The position numbers and the translations under genes were made by a program. A stretch of DNA of 63,703 bases, counting the filler, from Octopus bimaculoides (taxonomy: Eukaryota): assembly GCF_001194135.2 (NCBI RefSeq). It is 6 parts of 5 records of this genome, joined end to end, with 100 filler letters (N's around TTAATTAATTAA, not from the genome) between each part and the next. Parts side by side here need not be neighbours in the genome. Positions count along the whole stretch, not along the records: positions 1 to 10,586 come from NC_068989.1; positions 10,687 to 22,298 come from NC_068981.1; 4 more parts are not named here. One strand, 5' to 3'. A model generated the notes under the pieces. It did no database searches and was not told the DNA's origin. It was given only the letters and a program-made list of their open reading frames with translations. This document shows positions 1 to 15,309 of the stretch, piece after piece. How positions within the stretch are numbered: position 1 is the first letter of the stretch; each line of letters begins with the position of its first letter.

Positions 1-876
1 ATATACGACACACACGCACAAACACACGCACGTACCGGCCATGATGAAATACCACAAGGTATAGAAAATACGTATTCGCCTTTATATATTAAATCCTTCA
101 TATTGAACACTCAATATATATATTTGACTGCGGCCATGTTGGAGCCCCGCCTTCGAATATATATCTTTAATTGTTTATTTGTTTCAGTTATTTGACTACA
201 GCTATGCTAGTCGTCACCAAAATCCACTGGCATGACGCTACACTGTGGGACTGAACCCGGTACCATGTGGCTGCGAAGAAAAGTTATGATCACACAATCA
301 TGCTTCGTGTATTTCTTTCATTCTTTCACATGTTTTGGGGCTGTTTATAGCGATTTATATGCAAACAATTTCAATGTATATATAAATTCATACATGTATG
401 TATGGATATATATATATATGTATATATACAAATCTATTTCTCTTTCTTTCTCTCTGTATATATATTATATATATATATACATACATATTTATATATAGAG
501 AGCGAGAGGGGGCAGGGAGAGCGGTGCAGGTGTGGATGTGTGGCTAAGATGCTTGGGCAAGTGTCCTCTACTATAGCCTTGCGACATATATCATATCATA
601 TCATATATATATATATATACATGTATCTTTGTGTCTGCGGCGTTTGTCTCTCCACCACGGCTTGACAGGTGCTGGCGTGTTTACGTCTCCATAACTTAAC
701 ACTTCATCAAAGGAGACTGATACAACAAGTGCCAGACTTATGTAAAATAAAGCACAGCATGCGATACATTCGGCTAAACATACATCAAGGCGGCGGAGCC
801 CCACCATGATCGCACCCTGATGAATGACACAAGCAAAAGAAAAAAGACAAAAGATATATACGTATATACATACATA

Positions 877-933
<57 letters not shown>

Positions 934-2190
934 ATATATTTTTTTAAATTTATTTATGGGTTTCAGCCAAGTGGCTGCGGTCATGCTATATANNNNNNNN
1001 NNNNNNNNNNNNNNNNNNNNNNNNNNNNNNNNNNNNNNNNNNNNNNNNNNNNNNNNNNNNNNNNNNNNNNNNNNNNNNNNNNNNNNNNNNNNNNNNNNNN
1101 NNNNNNNNNNNNNNNNNNNNNNNNNNNNNNNNNNNNNNNNNNNNNNNNNNNNNNNNNNNNNNNNNNNNNNNNNNNNNNNNNNNNNNNNNNNNNNNNNNNN
1201 NNNNNNNNNNNNNNNNNNNNNNNNNNNNNNNNNNNNNNNNNNNNNNNNNNNNNNNNNNNNNNNNNNNNNNNNNNNNNNNNNNNNNNNNNNNNNNNNNNNN
1301 NNNNNNNNNNNNNNNNNNNNNNNNNNNNNNNNNNNNNNNNNNNNNNNNNNNNNNNNNNNNNNNNNNNNNNNNNNNNNNNNNNNNNNNNNNNNNNNNNNNN
1401 NNNNNNNNNNNNNNNNNNNNNNNNNNNNNNNNNNNNNNNNNNNNNNNNNNNNNNNNNNNNNNNNNNNNNNNNNNNNNNNNNNNNNNNNNNNNNNNNNNNN
1501 NNNNNNNNNNNNNNNNNNNNNNNNNNNNNNNNNNNNNNNNNNNNNNNNNNNNNNNNNNNNNNNNNNNNNNNNNNNNNNNNNNNNNNNNNNNNNNNNNNNN
1601 NNNNNNNNNNNNNNNNNNNNNNNNNNNNNNNNNNNNNNNNNNNNNNNNNNNNNNNNNNNNNNNNNNNNNNNNNNNNNNNNNNNNNNNNNNNNNNNNNNNN
1701 NNNNNNNNNNNNNNNNNNNNNNNNNNNNNNNNNNNNNNNNNNNNNNNNNNNNNNNNNNNNNNNNNNNNNNNNNNNNNNNNNNNNNNNNNNNNNNNNNNNN
1801 NNNNNNNNNNNNNNNNNNNNNNNNNNNNNNNNNNNNNNNNNNNNNNNNNNNNNNNNNNNNNNNNNNNNNNNNNNNNNNNNNNNNNNNNNNNNNNNNNNNN
1901 NNNNNNNNNNNNNNNCATACATACATATATATACACACACACATATATATATATATACACATACATACATATATATATATATATAAACAAATAGTAAATG
2001 AGTATATGCATATATACGTACAGGTATGTGCATACCGACATCCACCTCTATGTATAGGTGCATATCTGGGTACAGGACATTGCAAACAAAACGTAGACAA
2101 GAAAACACACAAGCCACATAGAGAACATTCTCCTGCATCAGCTACCCCCGTTTTAACACCGGCGTTTCGAAGAGCTATATATATATATGC

Positions 2191-2241
<51 letters not shown>

Positions 2242-3525
2242 TCCAAATATATTTAGCTACATACATACATACCTGCATACATGTACACACACTTACATAC
2301 ATGCATGCATGTATGTATACCCACAAATTTTTGTGATATCATTCTCACGACATTTGATATTTGTCTTTATTTTTATATAATTTTTTTTTCCATTTTCGTC
2401 CAGTAGAAGTGAAAATCTTGATTTTAAAGCCTGAAAACCAGTTTAGCTTTTTGCATTCTGTTTTCGAAACTAATTTTTTGCCTTTGATTTTTTTTTATTT
2501 TGCGTATTAATCCTGAACGTAAAATTGCAGATCGAAGTTTCAAACTTTCGAAAACGCGTCTCCGTATGTTTATATCTCACCAACAAACTTCATGGATTAT
2601 CTATGGCACCTGGTTACGCAACAGAATAGCTCTAGTGCCTAACCGATGCTACTTTTATTCACACAAGAGAAAATACACCAATTTGAATAAATTTACCTAT
2701 GGTAACTTAAAAGATTACTAAACACAGCCAGCCTGGCGGACAAAGGATATTTACCATCGTACCGACATTTTATTTAACTTCATTTTTTCACTTTTCCTTT
2801 TGTTATTTGTAAAAAAAATATCATATACATAAAAAATGCTATATACATAAATTTGGTTAAAATTCGTTAACTATTCCATGACCTGTAACGACAAAATATA
2901 AAGATCTCGAAATACGTAAGGCGAAAAACCAAGAATAACCACATGATTTTTAATTTAGGCACAAGCTAGCAAATTTAATGGGTAGGAACTGGTCGATACC
3001 ATTATGGTACTTTATTTTCTGTCTCAGCTAGATTTGAAGTCAGAACGTAAAGAGCCTGAATGAATAATTTTAATAGTAATGGTAAAACGGAATAAAGCGC
3101 TTAACCTTGTTAATCATCACTCCTGCATTCGATATGGAAATACTAATGATTAGCTGAATTTAAACTTTTACATGATGCTTTACCGTAATAAATAATTTCT
3201 CTTATACAAAACCACAAACAAGTGAATTAATGTGAAATATTCGGGAGTAAAACTGATACATCGCGCGAATGGTGCAAAATCACTATATGTAAGGACGGGG
3301 AAAATTTAGACATAACTCTGTATCAGGAATTCGTTCACATTTCTTATTATACTCAGCCTTTGTTAGTTGATCGGTGTTGGGACCTGGTTGTGCAGGTCTC
3401 AACATGAGTTGCGAAACCAGCGTGAGACTCATACCATGCAAAACTTCATCAATGTCGAGTGAAATTTGTTGGTGAAAAAGTTATATATCCATCCATCCAC
3501 TCATACGTACATACATACATACATT

Positions 3526-3577
<52 letters not shown>

Positions 3578-4378
3578 GACACAAATAAATACATCCAGGG
3601 GTCCGTTCCTATGTTCCATCAACCTATCGGCATAGATTTGTGTTGTTTTATCAATTCTGAAATAACGAGAGGCAAATTTGAGCTCGGTGGAATTTGAAGT
3701 CGGCGTCGGAGCAAACTCCGTGAAACAGACACTCTAAGATTCTGCCAATCCGCCGCCTGACAAATTTGAAAATTTCCTCAAACGTAGGGGCTTAAGTAGA
3801 AGTGATCCTGCCGAAATCAAGATTCTTGGCATCTCACAACGGGATGTGACCATCACCATTACCCACATGGTTGCAATCAACAGAATCTGCCATCACAAAT
3901 GAGGGAGTCTCTACGTTGTCAACCAGGCAACTTACATAATCTCATCACGCACTACCGTCAAACCTGGTTTAGACAGCCATAAAAACATTTTGTTGTTGGA
4001 TAAAAAATATGGATAGTCACAGCTGGGTAGTCTTTGATTATAGAAGAACTCGATAACTGCTAACCTGGTTTTGAGCAACAATAACATTAAGAAGTGTGTG
4101 TATGGACTCAGATCCACTGAAGCGTACTTTCGTTATTTTGAAGAATAATTGGGCGAAAACCGTGCACATGTTTGTTAACTGGAGAATTGTGACATTGGTT
4201 ACAGCGATACACGTTTGTAGATGAACATATAGTCAAAAATAGGGAATAACGATATTCCCTTTCTCATCATCTTCGTTACTCTGCTTAACGGTGGATTGTC
4301 GCCATAATTATACACCTGGGCTTGACTTTAGATAGCGCAAGAATATGTATTTTCCCACTGGATTTTGCTATTAACGAG

Positions 4379-4423
<45 letters not shown>

Positions 4424-5206
4424 ACAGACACACACACACACATATATATATCAACATGCTGGAGCACCGCATTTAGTCGAACAAATCCCCCCCCCCAGGA
4501 CTTATTCATTGTCAGCCTAGTACTTATTATTTCGGTCACTTTTACCGAACTTCTAAGTTACACGGACATAAACACACTTGTCAAGAGATGGTGGCGGGGA
4601 CAAACACAGACGCACAAACATATACATACATGANNNNNNNNNNNNNNNNNNNNNNNNNNNNNNNNNNNNNNNNNNNNNNNNNNNNNNNNNNNNNNNNNNN
4701 NNNNNNNNNNNNNNNNNNNNNNNNNNNNNNNNNNNNNNNNNNNNNNNNNNNNNNNNNNNNNNNNNNNNNNNNNNNNNNNNNNNNNNNNNNNNNNNNNNNN
4801 NNNNNNNNNNNNNNNNNNNNNNNNNNNNNNNNNNNNNNNNNNNNNNNNNNNNNNNNNNNNNNNNNNNNNNNNNNNNNNNNNNNNNNNNNNNNNNNNNNNN
4901 NNNNNNNNNNNNNNNNNNNNNNNNNNNNNNNNNNNNNNNNNNNNNNNNNNNNNNNNNNNNNNNNNNNNNNNTTCAGTTTCCGTCCACCAAATACACTCAC
5001 AAAGCTTTGCTTGGCCGGAGACTATAGTAGAAGACATTTGGCCAAGGTGCCATGCAGTGGGACTGAATCCAGGATCATGTGGTTGGGAAGCAAGCACACA
5101 GCCACTCCGCTGGTTTTTGGTATTAAATCATGTCAGTTACCCGGTACCCTACGACGGGTTTTCTAAAATAAAGTAATGGGTTTATATCCAAATTGAATAC
5201 ACACAC

Positions 5207-5264
<58 letters not shown>

Positions 5265-5960
5265 AATGAAGGAAAAATAGATCGAAGAATTCAAGCAAAT
5301 ATAAGCACTCTTCGGCGATCAACCCGGCTAACTAGATTGTGTAGTGAATGCAACAGGAACCCACGTAGGGGTGTAAATTTACATATTGCCGGCAGTTTAA
5401 TTCTTAAATTCAAAGTTTAAATAACGAAATTCAATATAAATTCAGTATATAGTAAGAGGGAAAAAATACAACAGAATGGAGATTTATTCATGATTTAATC
5501 CTTTACCGACGTTTCAAAATGATGCTAGGCATTAATTAGCACCAATTATCATAATATATTCATGAATGATGCATTGCAGTATTTCGACGTATTCCATTCT
5601 ATTTGAAACGTAGGCAGTCGAATAAATCATTAAATAAGTTTTTGTTTTCTTACTGTTCCACCACTTTTCTTTTTATATATGTATGTATGTATCCATATAT
5701 GTATACATATACATATATGTGCGCATATATATGCACACACACACATATATATGTATATATGTATTTATATATACCTCCATATAATATACGTATGCATATA
5801 TAATATATATATATTATATGTTATATGTGCATGTACCTGTAAGGTTTTATGTATGTATATATACATAGAAGCATAATATGTATATATATATATATGTATC
5901 TATCTATATATATNNNNNNNNNNNNNNNNNNNNNNNNNNNNNNNNNNNNNNNNNNNNNNN

Positions 5961-6003
<43 letters not shown>

Positions 6004-6393
6004 AAGAGAGAGATTGAAGCATAATATAAAATATATACTATATATATGTGTACATACGTATTATATATTTACGTTATAATATAATAAAATGCATATATAC
6101 ACATACATATTATATATTATACATGTATTGATGCAAATGTATGTTTGTGAGTATGTATGTATGTATATATATATGTGTTTATATATATATATACACATAT
6201 ATATATATATATATACGCACAAATATATATATGCACATATATACATACATATACAGATATACACACAAACACATACATAGCTATTGCCCGCAAAAGTATA
6301 CGTATAAATACTTGTAATATTTATATGTGTGTGTTTGTGTGTTTGTGTGTGTGTGTGTCTGTCTGTCTGTATGTATGTCTGTCTGTTTGTGCG

Positions 6394-6447
<54 letters not shown>

Positions 6448-7409
6448 GATATTTCAAGTATTAATTAGAACAGTAAAGCTGTTGTAGGATTTAAGCACAT
6501 GTTGGATTTAAGGCAAGCATTTTAAGGGGACACAATTAGTTGTTGCTGTGGACTCCAGTAATTAAATGATGTTAATTTCATTGCCTCCATAGGGATGAAA
6601 GGGTGAGTTAACCTCGGTGTGATTAGAAAGCAGAATGTTAGGTGTTGGAAGAAAAACCGCAAAGCACTTTCCCGATGTTCTAACGATTTCGTATATAGTT
6701 CACCGTATTGGGGAGCAATAGACAAATGTCATTGGCAGGATTTTTAGCCTATTGAATATTTGTAATTTGTTAGACTTCACTTCGAGAATGTGATATTATG
6801 GAAATATGTATATATATATACATATATATATATNNNNNNNNNNNNNNNNNNNNNNNNNNNNNNNNNNNNNNNNNNNNNNNNNNNNNNNNNNNNNNNNNNN
6901 NNNNNNNNNNNNNNNNNNNNNNNNNNNNNNNNNNNNNNNNNNNNNNNNNNNNNNNNNNNNNNNNNNNNNNNNNNNNNNNNNNNNNNNNNNNNNNNNNNNN
7001 NNNNNNNNNNNNNNNNNNNNNNNNNNNNNNNNNNNNNNNNNNNNNNNNNNNNNNNNNNNNNNNNNNNNNNNNNNNNNNNNNNNNNNNNNNNNNNNNNNNN
7101 NNNNNNNNNNNNNNNNNNNNNNNNNNNNNNNNNNNNNNNNNNNNNNNNNNNNNNNNNNNNNNNNNNNNNNNNNNNNNNNNNNNNNNNNNNNNNNNNNNNN
7201 NNNNNNNNNNNNNNNNNNNNNNNNNNNNNNNNNNNNNNNNNNNNNNNNNNNNNNNNNNNNNNNNNNNNNNNNNNNNNNNNNNNNNNNNNNNNNNNNNNNN
7301 NNNNNNNNNNNNNNNNNNNNNNNNNNNNNNNNNNNNNNNNNNNNNNNNNNNNNNNNNNNNNNNNNNNNNNNNNNNNNNNNNNNNNNNNNNNNNTATATAT
7401 ATATACACG

Positions 7410-7444
<35 letters not shown>

Positions 7445-7455
7445 GTAGATAGATG

Positions 7456-7507
<52 letters not shown>

Positions 7508-7510
7508 TAG
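7445..7510. repeat. (GATA)n microsatellite, representative of dozens of (TA)n, (CA)n, (GA)n, (TACA)n and (AAT)n tracts across the window
   Basis: Directly visible. Confidence 0.95.
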
Positions 7511-7601
7511 ACAGAGAGATAAGTAAACATGTATATGTACACATATTCATAACCACATGCAAATATATATGTATATAAATATATACATACATACATATAT
7601 A

Positions 7602-7647
<46 letters not shown>

Positions 7648-8737
7648 ATAAATTATAATTCAGGGTATCGAAGAGTTACCATGATGCTTGAAATAACAGT
7701 CAAACTGTAGTTTTTAGAGTCAAGGTTTAACTGCCATTTCAATCATGGCGGTATCTCTTAGCTACCCTAAATTATGATTTTTATAAAAATTATTACCTTT
7801 GAGATTTTTATTCCCATGCTGGCCACCTGATAAGTTTGGTATTTTTAAGTAACGATCTCATCCTTATTTATATATATTTATATGTTTATATAGGTATATT
7901 CATATTTGAATATATATGCGCGCGCGTGTGTGTGTGTGTGTGTGTGTGCGTGTGTGTGTGTGTGTGCGTGCGTATGTTTGTGCATCAGTATACACGAATA
8001 TGTGTGTCGATATATATATATATATATATATATATCAACATACATATATAGATATATATACTGACACATACATTTGCGTACAGATATATTATGAGTGTTT
8101 TTTGAGTGAATGCTTACTGTGTTTAGAAATGAAGAAAAAATATTTGGCTCTAAATTTCTCCGCTAATGAATCCGTCGCCTATATTTTCATCTCCTGGAAA
8201 TTTCATCGCAAGATAAATAAAATCGCAGCAGTATCACTCTTGCTAAAAATCATCGTCATAGCATTTATTCTTCAAGTAAATATATGCTTTTTACTCAGAG
8301 AGCAAATAACTGGCATTTCATTACCATTGAAAGTGAAAACAACATGAACAATTACAAGTGAGACAATAACTAAGTTGATGATGATGATGATGAAGATGAT
8401 GATTCTGATGATGCTGGTTGTGGTGGTAGTGGTGGTGGTTGTGGTGGTGGTGGCGGTGATGATGATAATGAAGATGTTGATGACGATGACTATGACCCTT
8501 TCTACTAAAGGCACAAGACCTGATATTTGGCGGAGGGGGGGGGGCATAGCCGATTACACCGACCCCCCCCCCCCCAGGGTTTCACTGGTAATTAATTTAT
8601 CGATGAAGGGCAAAAATCAACATCGGTGGTATATAGAGATGGTTGGGACTTCGAAGTTTCAACTTGCGGTCTCACATCACTTCTGACGACATACATACAT
8701 AATTACATGCATATATACAGCACATAAAGATAATAAT

Positions 8738-8933
<196 letters not shown>

Positions 8934-9903
8934 GTTGNNNNNNNNNNNNNNNNNNNNNNNNNNNNNNNNNNNNNNNNNNNNNNNNNNNNNNNNNNNNNNN
9001 NNNNNNNNNNNNNNNNNNNNNNNNNNNNNNNNNNNNNNNNNNNNNNNNNNNNNNNNNNNNNNNNNNNNNNNNNNNNNNNNNNNNNNNNNNNNNNNNNNNN
9101 NNNNNNNNNNNNNNNNNNNNNNNNNNNNNNNNNNNNNNNNNNNNNNNNNNNNNNNNNNNNNNNNNNNNNNNNNNNNNNNNNNNNNNNNNNNNNNNNNNNN
9201 NNNNNNNNNNNNNNNNNNNNNNNNNNNNNNNNNNNNNNNNNNNNNNNNNNNNNNNNNNNNNNNNNNNNNNNNNNNNNNNNNNNNNNNNNNNNNNNNNNNN
9301 NNNNNNNNNNNNNNNNNNNNNNNNNNNNNNNNNNNNNNNNNNNNNNNNNNNNNNNNNNNNNNNNNNNNNNNNNNNNNNNNNNNNNNNNNNNNNNNNNNNN
9401 NNNNNNNNNNNNNNNNNNNNNNNNNNNNNNNNNNNNNNNNNNNNNNNNNNNNNNNNNNNNNNNNNNNNNNNNNNNNNNNNNNNNNNNNNNNNNNNNNNNN
9501 NNNNNNNNNNNNNNNNNNNNNNNNNNNNNNNNNNNNNNNNNNNNNNNNNNNNNNNNNNNNNNNNNNNNNNNNNNNNNNNNNNNNNNNNNNNNNNNNNNNN
9601 NNNNNNNNNNNNNNNNNNNNNNNNNNNNNNNNNNNNNNNNNNNNNNNNNNNNNNNNNNNNNNNNNNNNNNNNNNNNNNNNNNNNNNNNNNNNNNNNNNNN
9701 NNNNNNNNNNNNNNNNNNNNNNNNNNNNNNNNNNNNNNNNNNNNNNNNNNNNNNNNNNNNNNNNNNNNNNNNNNNNNNNNNNNNNNNNNNNNNNNNNNNN
9801 NNNNNNNNNNNNNNNNNNNNNNNNNNNNNNNNNNNNNNNNNNNNNNNNNNNNNNNNNNNNNNNNNNNNNNNNNNNNNNNNNNNNNNNNNNNNNNNNNNNN
9901 NNN

Positions 9904-9952
<49 letters not shown>

Positions 9953-10541
9953 AGATATATAGATAGATATAGATATAGATATATATATCTGTGTGTGTAT
10001 GTGAGTGCGTGTGTGTATGTGAGTGCGTGTGTGTTTGTCTGTGCATAAGCGAAATGCTGAGTTATAAAGGTATTTCACATTAAACTAACCAAGACATTAT
10101 ATAGAGATGCTTGGGACTTCGAAGTTTTACGTTGCCGTCTCTCATCAGTCTGATGACATACATACACACCTACATACATATAAACATGCATGCAAATCTG
10201 CATACATACATATATACATACATTCACACATACATACATTCGTACATACATACATACGTACATGTGTACATACGCACATACATAAAGTTACAAGAATTGT
10301 TTATGAACCGTAATAATGTTTATTTTGCTCGAATTTCTATTTTGAATGGAATATAGAATAAGACATATCTATATTATGATTAAAGACTTAAAAAATTGCT
10401 TTCGATGTATTAAGTCTGCGAATAAAAGCACAATGGGTGAATTGGCTCACTGTGTAATTAATTAGCGATGAAATTGGAAACGTTGTATTTAGAGCGATAA
10501 ATTGACCGACACCCAAGATACAGTAGCTCATGTATACATAC

Positions 10542-10586
<45 letters not shown>

Positions 10587-10630
10587 NNNNNNNNNNNNNN
10601 NNNNNNNNNNNNNNNNNNNNNNNNNNNNNN

Positions 10631-10642
10631 TTAATTAATTAA
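10631..10642. other. Artificial six-frame-stop gap spacer TTAATTAATTAA (also at 22343, 41313, 53764 and 60198)
   Basis: Each copy sits in an exact 44N + 12 bp + 44N = 100 bp block. This is an assembly convention. Confidence 0.95.
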
Positions 10643-10686
10643 NNNNNNNNNNNNNNNNNNNNNNNNNNNNNNNNNNNNNNNNNNNN

Positions 10687-10735
<49 letters not shown>

Positions 10736-11009
10736 TATGTATGTATATGTATATGATTCTAGAACACAAATGTTTCGACATGTTGTGTCTCGTCAGCCAA
10801 AACTACCCGAACCTTTGGGCCAAAATCAAGCTCCTGGCTTTGTTTACACTTTCAGCGGACAAGATGTTTTTTCTGATCGGTGCTTGTATCTTCCAACCGA
10901 TTAAAAAAAAAAACCATTAATTGCCCCATGTACAGCAATATTCATTCCAGATCTCGGTCTAAACGGTGCAAAAAGTATTACGCATGTATGTGATTGTTCA
11001 GTTTCATTT

Positions 11010-11330
11010 CAAGATTTCTTACCAATAGAGAAAGAGCCGGTTTCTAACCTAGATCCAGGCTCCTTCATTGGAATTTAAACAGCAACAACTAGGTATTTTG
11101 TTTGTATGTATGTATATATGTATATGTGAAGATTTGTACGTTTTGCTTTATGTATGTATTCTCATGCATATAGTTGCATATCTAGACATGCTCATATATA
11201 TTTAAATGATAAACTTTTGGAAAGTTTTACAGATTTTTACAGTTTCAGTGATGGATTGGATGTGTAATCCTCGAATTAACTTTCTCTTTTCTGGTTTTGA
11301 AAAGCCTAATTTCTCAAGATTGGTATTTAG
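11010..11330 (+). repeat. Interspersed repeat shared with ~55430-55690
   Basis: Both sites contain ATTTCTT.CCAATAGAG.AAGAG.CGGTT.CTAACCTA...CTTCATTGGAATTT and GCTTTATGTATGTATTCTCAT.CATAT..TGCATATCTAGACATGCTC. Confidence 0.75.
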
Positions 11331-11384
11331 GCAGTATGTTATATATTTCACCCCCCACCCCCACCCCCACCAAAAAAAAAAATT

Positions 11385-12830
11385 ACAGGTATAAATCTGA
11401 ACTTGTAATCTGGATAGAGTAACTTCAGATTTCTCAATAGTTCAGCGTAGGTATTCTATTTGTCACTGATCTTCAGCTTTATGTTAACATCCCCTGGGCA
11501 GCTAATTTCCACAACTGTACAAAGTCTCTCTTCTCTATCCCAAATTATTATATCAAGTCTTTTGTGCTTACATTTTATTGTGGTCTTCACTGAGACATTC
11601 CACCAGTACTCCTTTTTATTATGAGTGGCTATGGCTTCTACCATATTGTGAGTTCTTATTTTTGTCCTCGGGTTATCCTTCCGACGGATTTCATTATATC
11701 GTGTCCTAGCTACAGCATCATGTCTCATCGGTAGATAATATCGTGATGATATTTTCAGACAACTGCTTATAATGTGGGTGATATCTTCGGTATTAACTCC
11801 ACAAAGTCTGCATCGGTTGTCACATTTTACGGCTTTTCCAGCATCTCTATCCCTTTTGTGCATCAGGTACTTGGTTGATATTTCCTGTTCCTAGATTGCA
11901 AATGCATACCCTTGAAAATGGGAGGTAATAATCTGGCTACTGGTCCATGATAGACTATTTTCATGATCAATGTTACTATCATCACTAAGCTTTCTACTAA
12001 CATATCTATGTATAGTCTTCTGCTCATATAGGCTTATCCTTTCATCTGATAATACGTTGCGGTTGAGTCGTGCGACTTCTTTGGGCATGTATTCTGGGTT
12101 GCCAGACAAAGAATGTTGCTCAAGGAGCTGCCTTCCAAGAATTATGATGTTATCATTCTCATGTATGCAAACTAGGTCAAGGAGTGGACTTCGACACTTG
12201 GTGGTTAAAAGGTGTTGCCGAGGGGACATGCTACGACATTCAAAAGCATTTTGGATCGATGTTAAGCATCTGCCGCCTTGTTTTCGTTTTAGGTAGAGGT
12301 AGTTTATATCACTGTTTATGTGGAAATTATGCGTGCTTGTTAGTATTTTTCGGGTTTTCACATCAATGGCTCGAATCTCATCAAGTGTCCATTCAACAGC
12401 CCAAATTTTGGTATGAGTACTGACACTGCAAACACATTGTGGGCCACTGTTTTATTGAATGCAGAGAGTTCTGAGGTCCAAATTTTCTTTATTCGACTGT
12501 AATATTCTTAAGTGACACATGTTTTGTTACAAGTGCCATTGTAAGATATGTTTTCATCCACCCCTAGATACCTGTAACATTCCTCGTCGGATATAGGGGA
12601 AATAGTCAAATCATTGGAGAGGTTACTAGTCTGGTTCATAGTTTTCGTTCTTTTCACAACCATATAACAACATTTATCCTGACCAAACTCCAACCCTACA
12701 TCTTTTGAGAATGTAGTAACTAGGTCAAGGATCTTTTTCATCTCATGCATAGGCTTAGCATAAAGTTTCATCCACAACGAAACAGTGCGTAATTTTGATA
12801 TTTCTGTTTCCTTGTGAACCAATGAGATAT
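11385..12830 (-). mobile_element. R4/Dong-like non-LTR retrotransposon 3' half (RT, CCHC zinc knuckle, restriction-like endonuclease), decayed
   Basis: Motifs LYAK...FSKDVGLEFGQDKC; YLKRKQGGRCL; CRLCGVNTEDITHIISSC; RHDAVA; RLDIIIWDREERLCTVVEISCP. Confidence 0.85.
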
Positions 12831-13116
12831 CCTTCAGATTTCCTTAACATGAATGACAAGGGGTTTACAGAAAGTATAAACAACATCACAGAGAGGCTGT
12901 TCCTTAGAATATGCCTTTGCGATACTTTATTCCGTCAGTGATAATACAGTCACTCGTTTTGTTTAATTTCAAGATAGTGAAGTCAGCTATGGCTTTGAAT
13001 ATGCTCACTGGAACTTTAAGCACGTTGAAGGGCTTCAAGCATCCATGAGTGGGGAACAAAATCAAAGGCTTTCTTGTAGTCTAGGCACATTGAATCTATA
13101 TAGATACATTTGTGCA

Positions 13117-13154
<38 letters not shown>

Positions 13155-13516
13155 AACATACATAATATATATATTATATATATGTAAGTATGTATATATG
13201 TATGTATGCTTGTATATATGAGATAAGAGTTTCACTTTAATAGTTTCAATATTAAACTGAAAGTATTAAAGTGAAAATATCTGACATTACAATAGAGAGA
13301 TGTTATTGTTTCACTCTTGACACGTAATACTGCAATAGTGGATGGCATATGATATTGCTCTGGGCAAGAAGTTAAAATTTGTTTGGCCTAAGACACTACA
13401 TGGACCCTAAGTAAGGCATGTGTAAAATTTGAATGAAATTGGTTGTGTAGTTCTCAAGTTTTAGGGATTCACACAGACAGACAGATAGACATACACACAT
13501 ACACACGCACATTCTC

Positions 13517-13550
<34 letters not shown>

Positions 13551-14084
13551 NNNNNNNNNNNNNNNNNNNNNNNNNNNNNNNNNNNNNNNNNNNNNNNNNN
13601 NNNNNNNNNNNNNNNNNNNNNNNNNNNNNNNNNNNNNNNNNNNNNNNNNNNNNNNNNNNNNNNNNNNNNNNNNNNNNNNNNNNNNNNNNNNNNNNNNNNN
13701 NNNNNNNNNNNNNNNNNNNNNNNNNNNNNNNNNNNNNNNNNNNNNNNNNNNNNNNNNNNNNNNNNNNNNNNNNNNNNNNNNNNNNNNNNNNNNNNNNNNN
13801 NNNNNNNNNNNNNNNNNNNNNNNNNNNNNNNNNNNNNNNNNNNNNNNNNNNNNNNNNNNNNNNNNNNNNNNNNNNNNNNNNNNNNNNNNNNNNNNNNNNN
13901 NNNNNNNNNNNNNNNNNNNNNNNNNNNNNNNNNNNNNNNNNNNNNNNNNNNNNNNNNNNNNNNNNNNNNNNNNNNNNNNTATATATATATATTTACGCAC
14001 ACTTTATATATACACACATATAACATATATACGATGTGTGTGTGTGTGTGCGCGCGCGCATGTTTTGTGTGTGTGTGTGTGTGC

Positions 14085-14117
<33 letters not shown>

Positions 14118-14661
14118 CGTGTGTCTGTTGTGTATGAATGGGCGTGTGCATGTATGCATGCATGTATGTATGTATGTATGTATATTGACATTACCTACTG
14201 ATTAATATCCAATCCGTCCTAGATGATAAATGTTAATAGATTAGTGATAAGCTATTTTTAGACCCAGTATCGTAAGCTGAGATAATATTAACTGCGATTC
14301 ATTCTGATCAGTTAATGGTTAAAACAAATATGATGTCATTGATGTAGATTAGAAAGAAAAAAACAGAAGGTTATTGGTGACCAGTCAAACTACGCTTATT
14401 GATATTCTTCAAATAAACATACGCAGTAGGTGCAGAAGTCAAAAATACATTGTATTTTGATTATGATATAAGTTTATCAAATACCAAGTACAGTAATAAG
14501 TTCTTGGCAAGTCAAATTCGTATCATGTTTTCTATTCTTGACTAAAAGATAATTCCCTTCATTTCCGTTGCTAATGCACGTGAGGAAAGTATGAATGTTA
14601 CAGCATTCCCGTTTCTTGTTTCAAAAACTTGAGCCATTTCAAAAGGCATTATATACCATCC

Positions 14662-15048
14662 GTGGAGGCGCAATGGCCCAGTGGTTAGGGCAGCGGACTG
14701 GCGGTCATAGGATCGCGGTTTCGATTCCCAGACCGGGCGTTGTGAGTGTTTATTGAGTGAAAACACCTAAAGCTCCACGAGACTCCGGCAGGGATGGTGG
14801 CGAACCCTGCTGTGCTCTTCCACCACAACTTTCTCTCACTCTTACTTCCTGTTTCTGTTGTGCCTGTAATTCAAAGGGTCAGTCTTGTCACACTGTGTCA
14901 CGCTGAATATCCCCGAGGACTTACATTAAGGGTACACGTGTCTGTGGAGTGCTCAGCCACTTGCATGTTAATTTCACGAGCAGGCTGTTCCGTTGATCGG
15001 ATCAACTGGAACCCTCGACGTCGTAAGCGACGGAGTGCCAACAACAAC
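14662..15048 (+). mobile_element. tRNA-derived SINE family A, full length with target-site duplication
   Basis: A box TGGCCCAGTGG, B box GTTTCGATTCC and a (CAA)n tail. ATATACCATCC is duplicated at 14651-14661 and 15049-15059. Confidence 0.85.
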
Positions 15049-15217
15049 ATATACCATCCGTGGAGGCGCANNNNNNNNNNNNNNNNNNNNNNNNNNNNNN
15101 NNNNNNNNNNNNNNNNNNNNNNNNNNNNNNNNNNNNNNNNNNNNNNNNNNNNNNNNNNNNNNNNNNNNNNNNNNNNNNNNNNNNNNNNNNNNNNNNNNNN
15201 NNNNNNNNNNNNNNNNN

Positions 15218-15309
<92 letters not shown>

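Noticed and set aside
10631-10642. Recurrent TTAATTAATTAA motif (5 copies) as a possible regulatory or PacI-like element
   Set aside because: Always centred in exactly 44N + 12 + 44N, so it is an inserted scaffolding spacer.
15049-15070. Second SINE head in tandem after the full-length copy
   Set aside because: It runs straight into a gap, so a tandem copy cannot be told apart from an extended TSD or an assembly echo.
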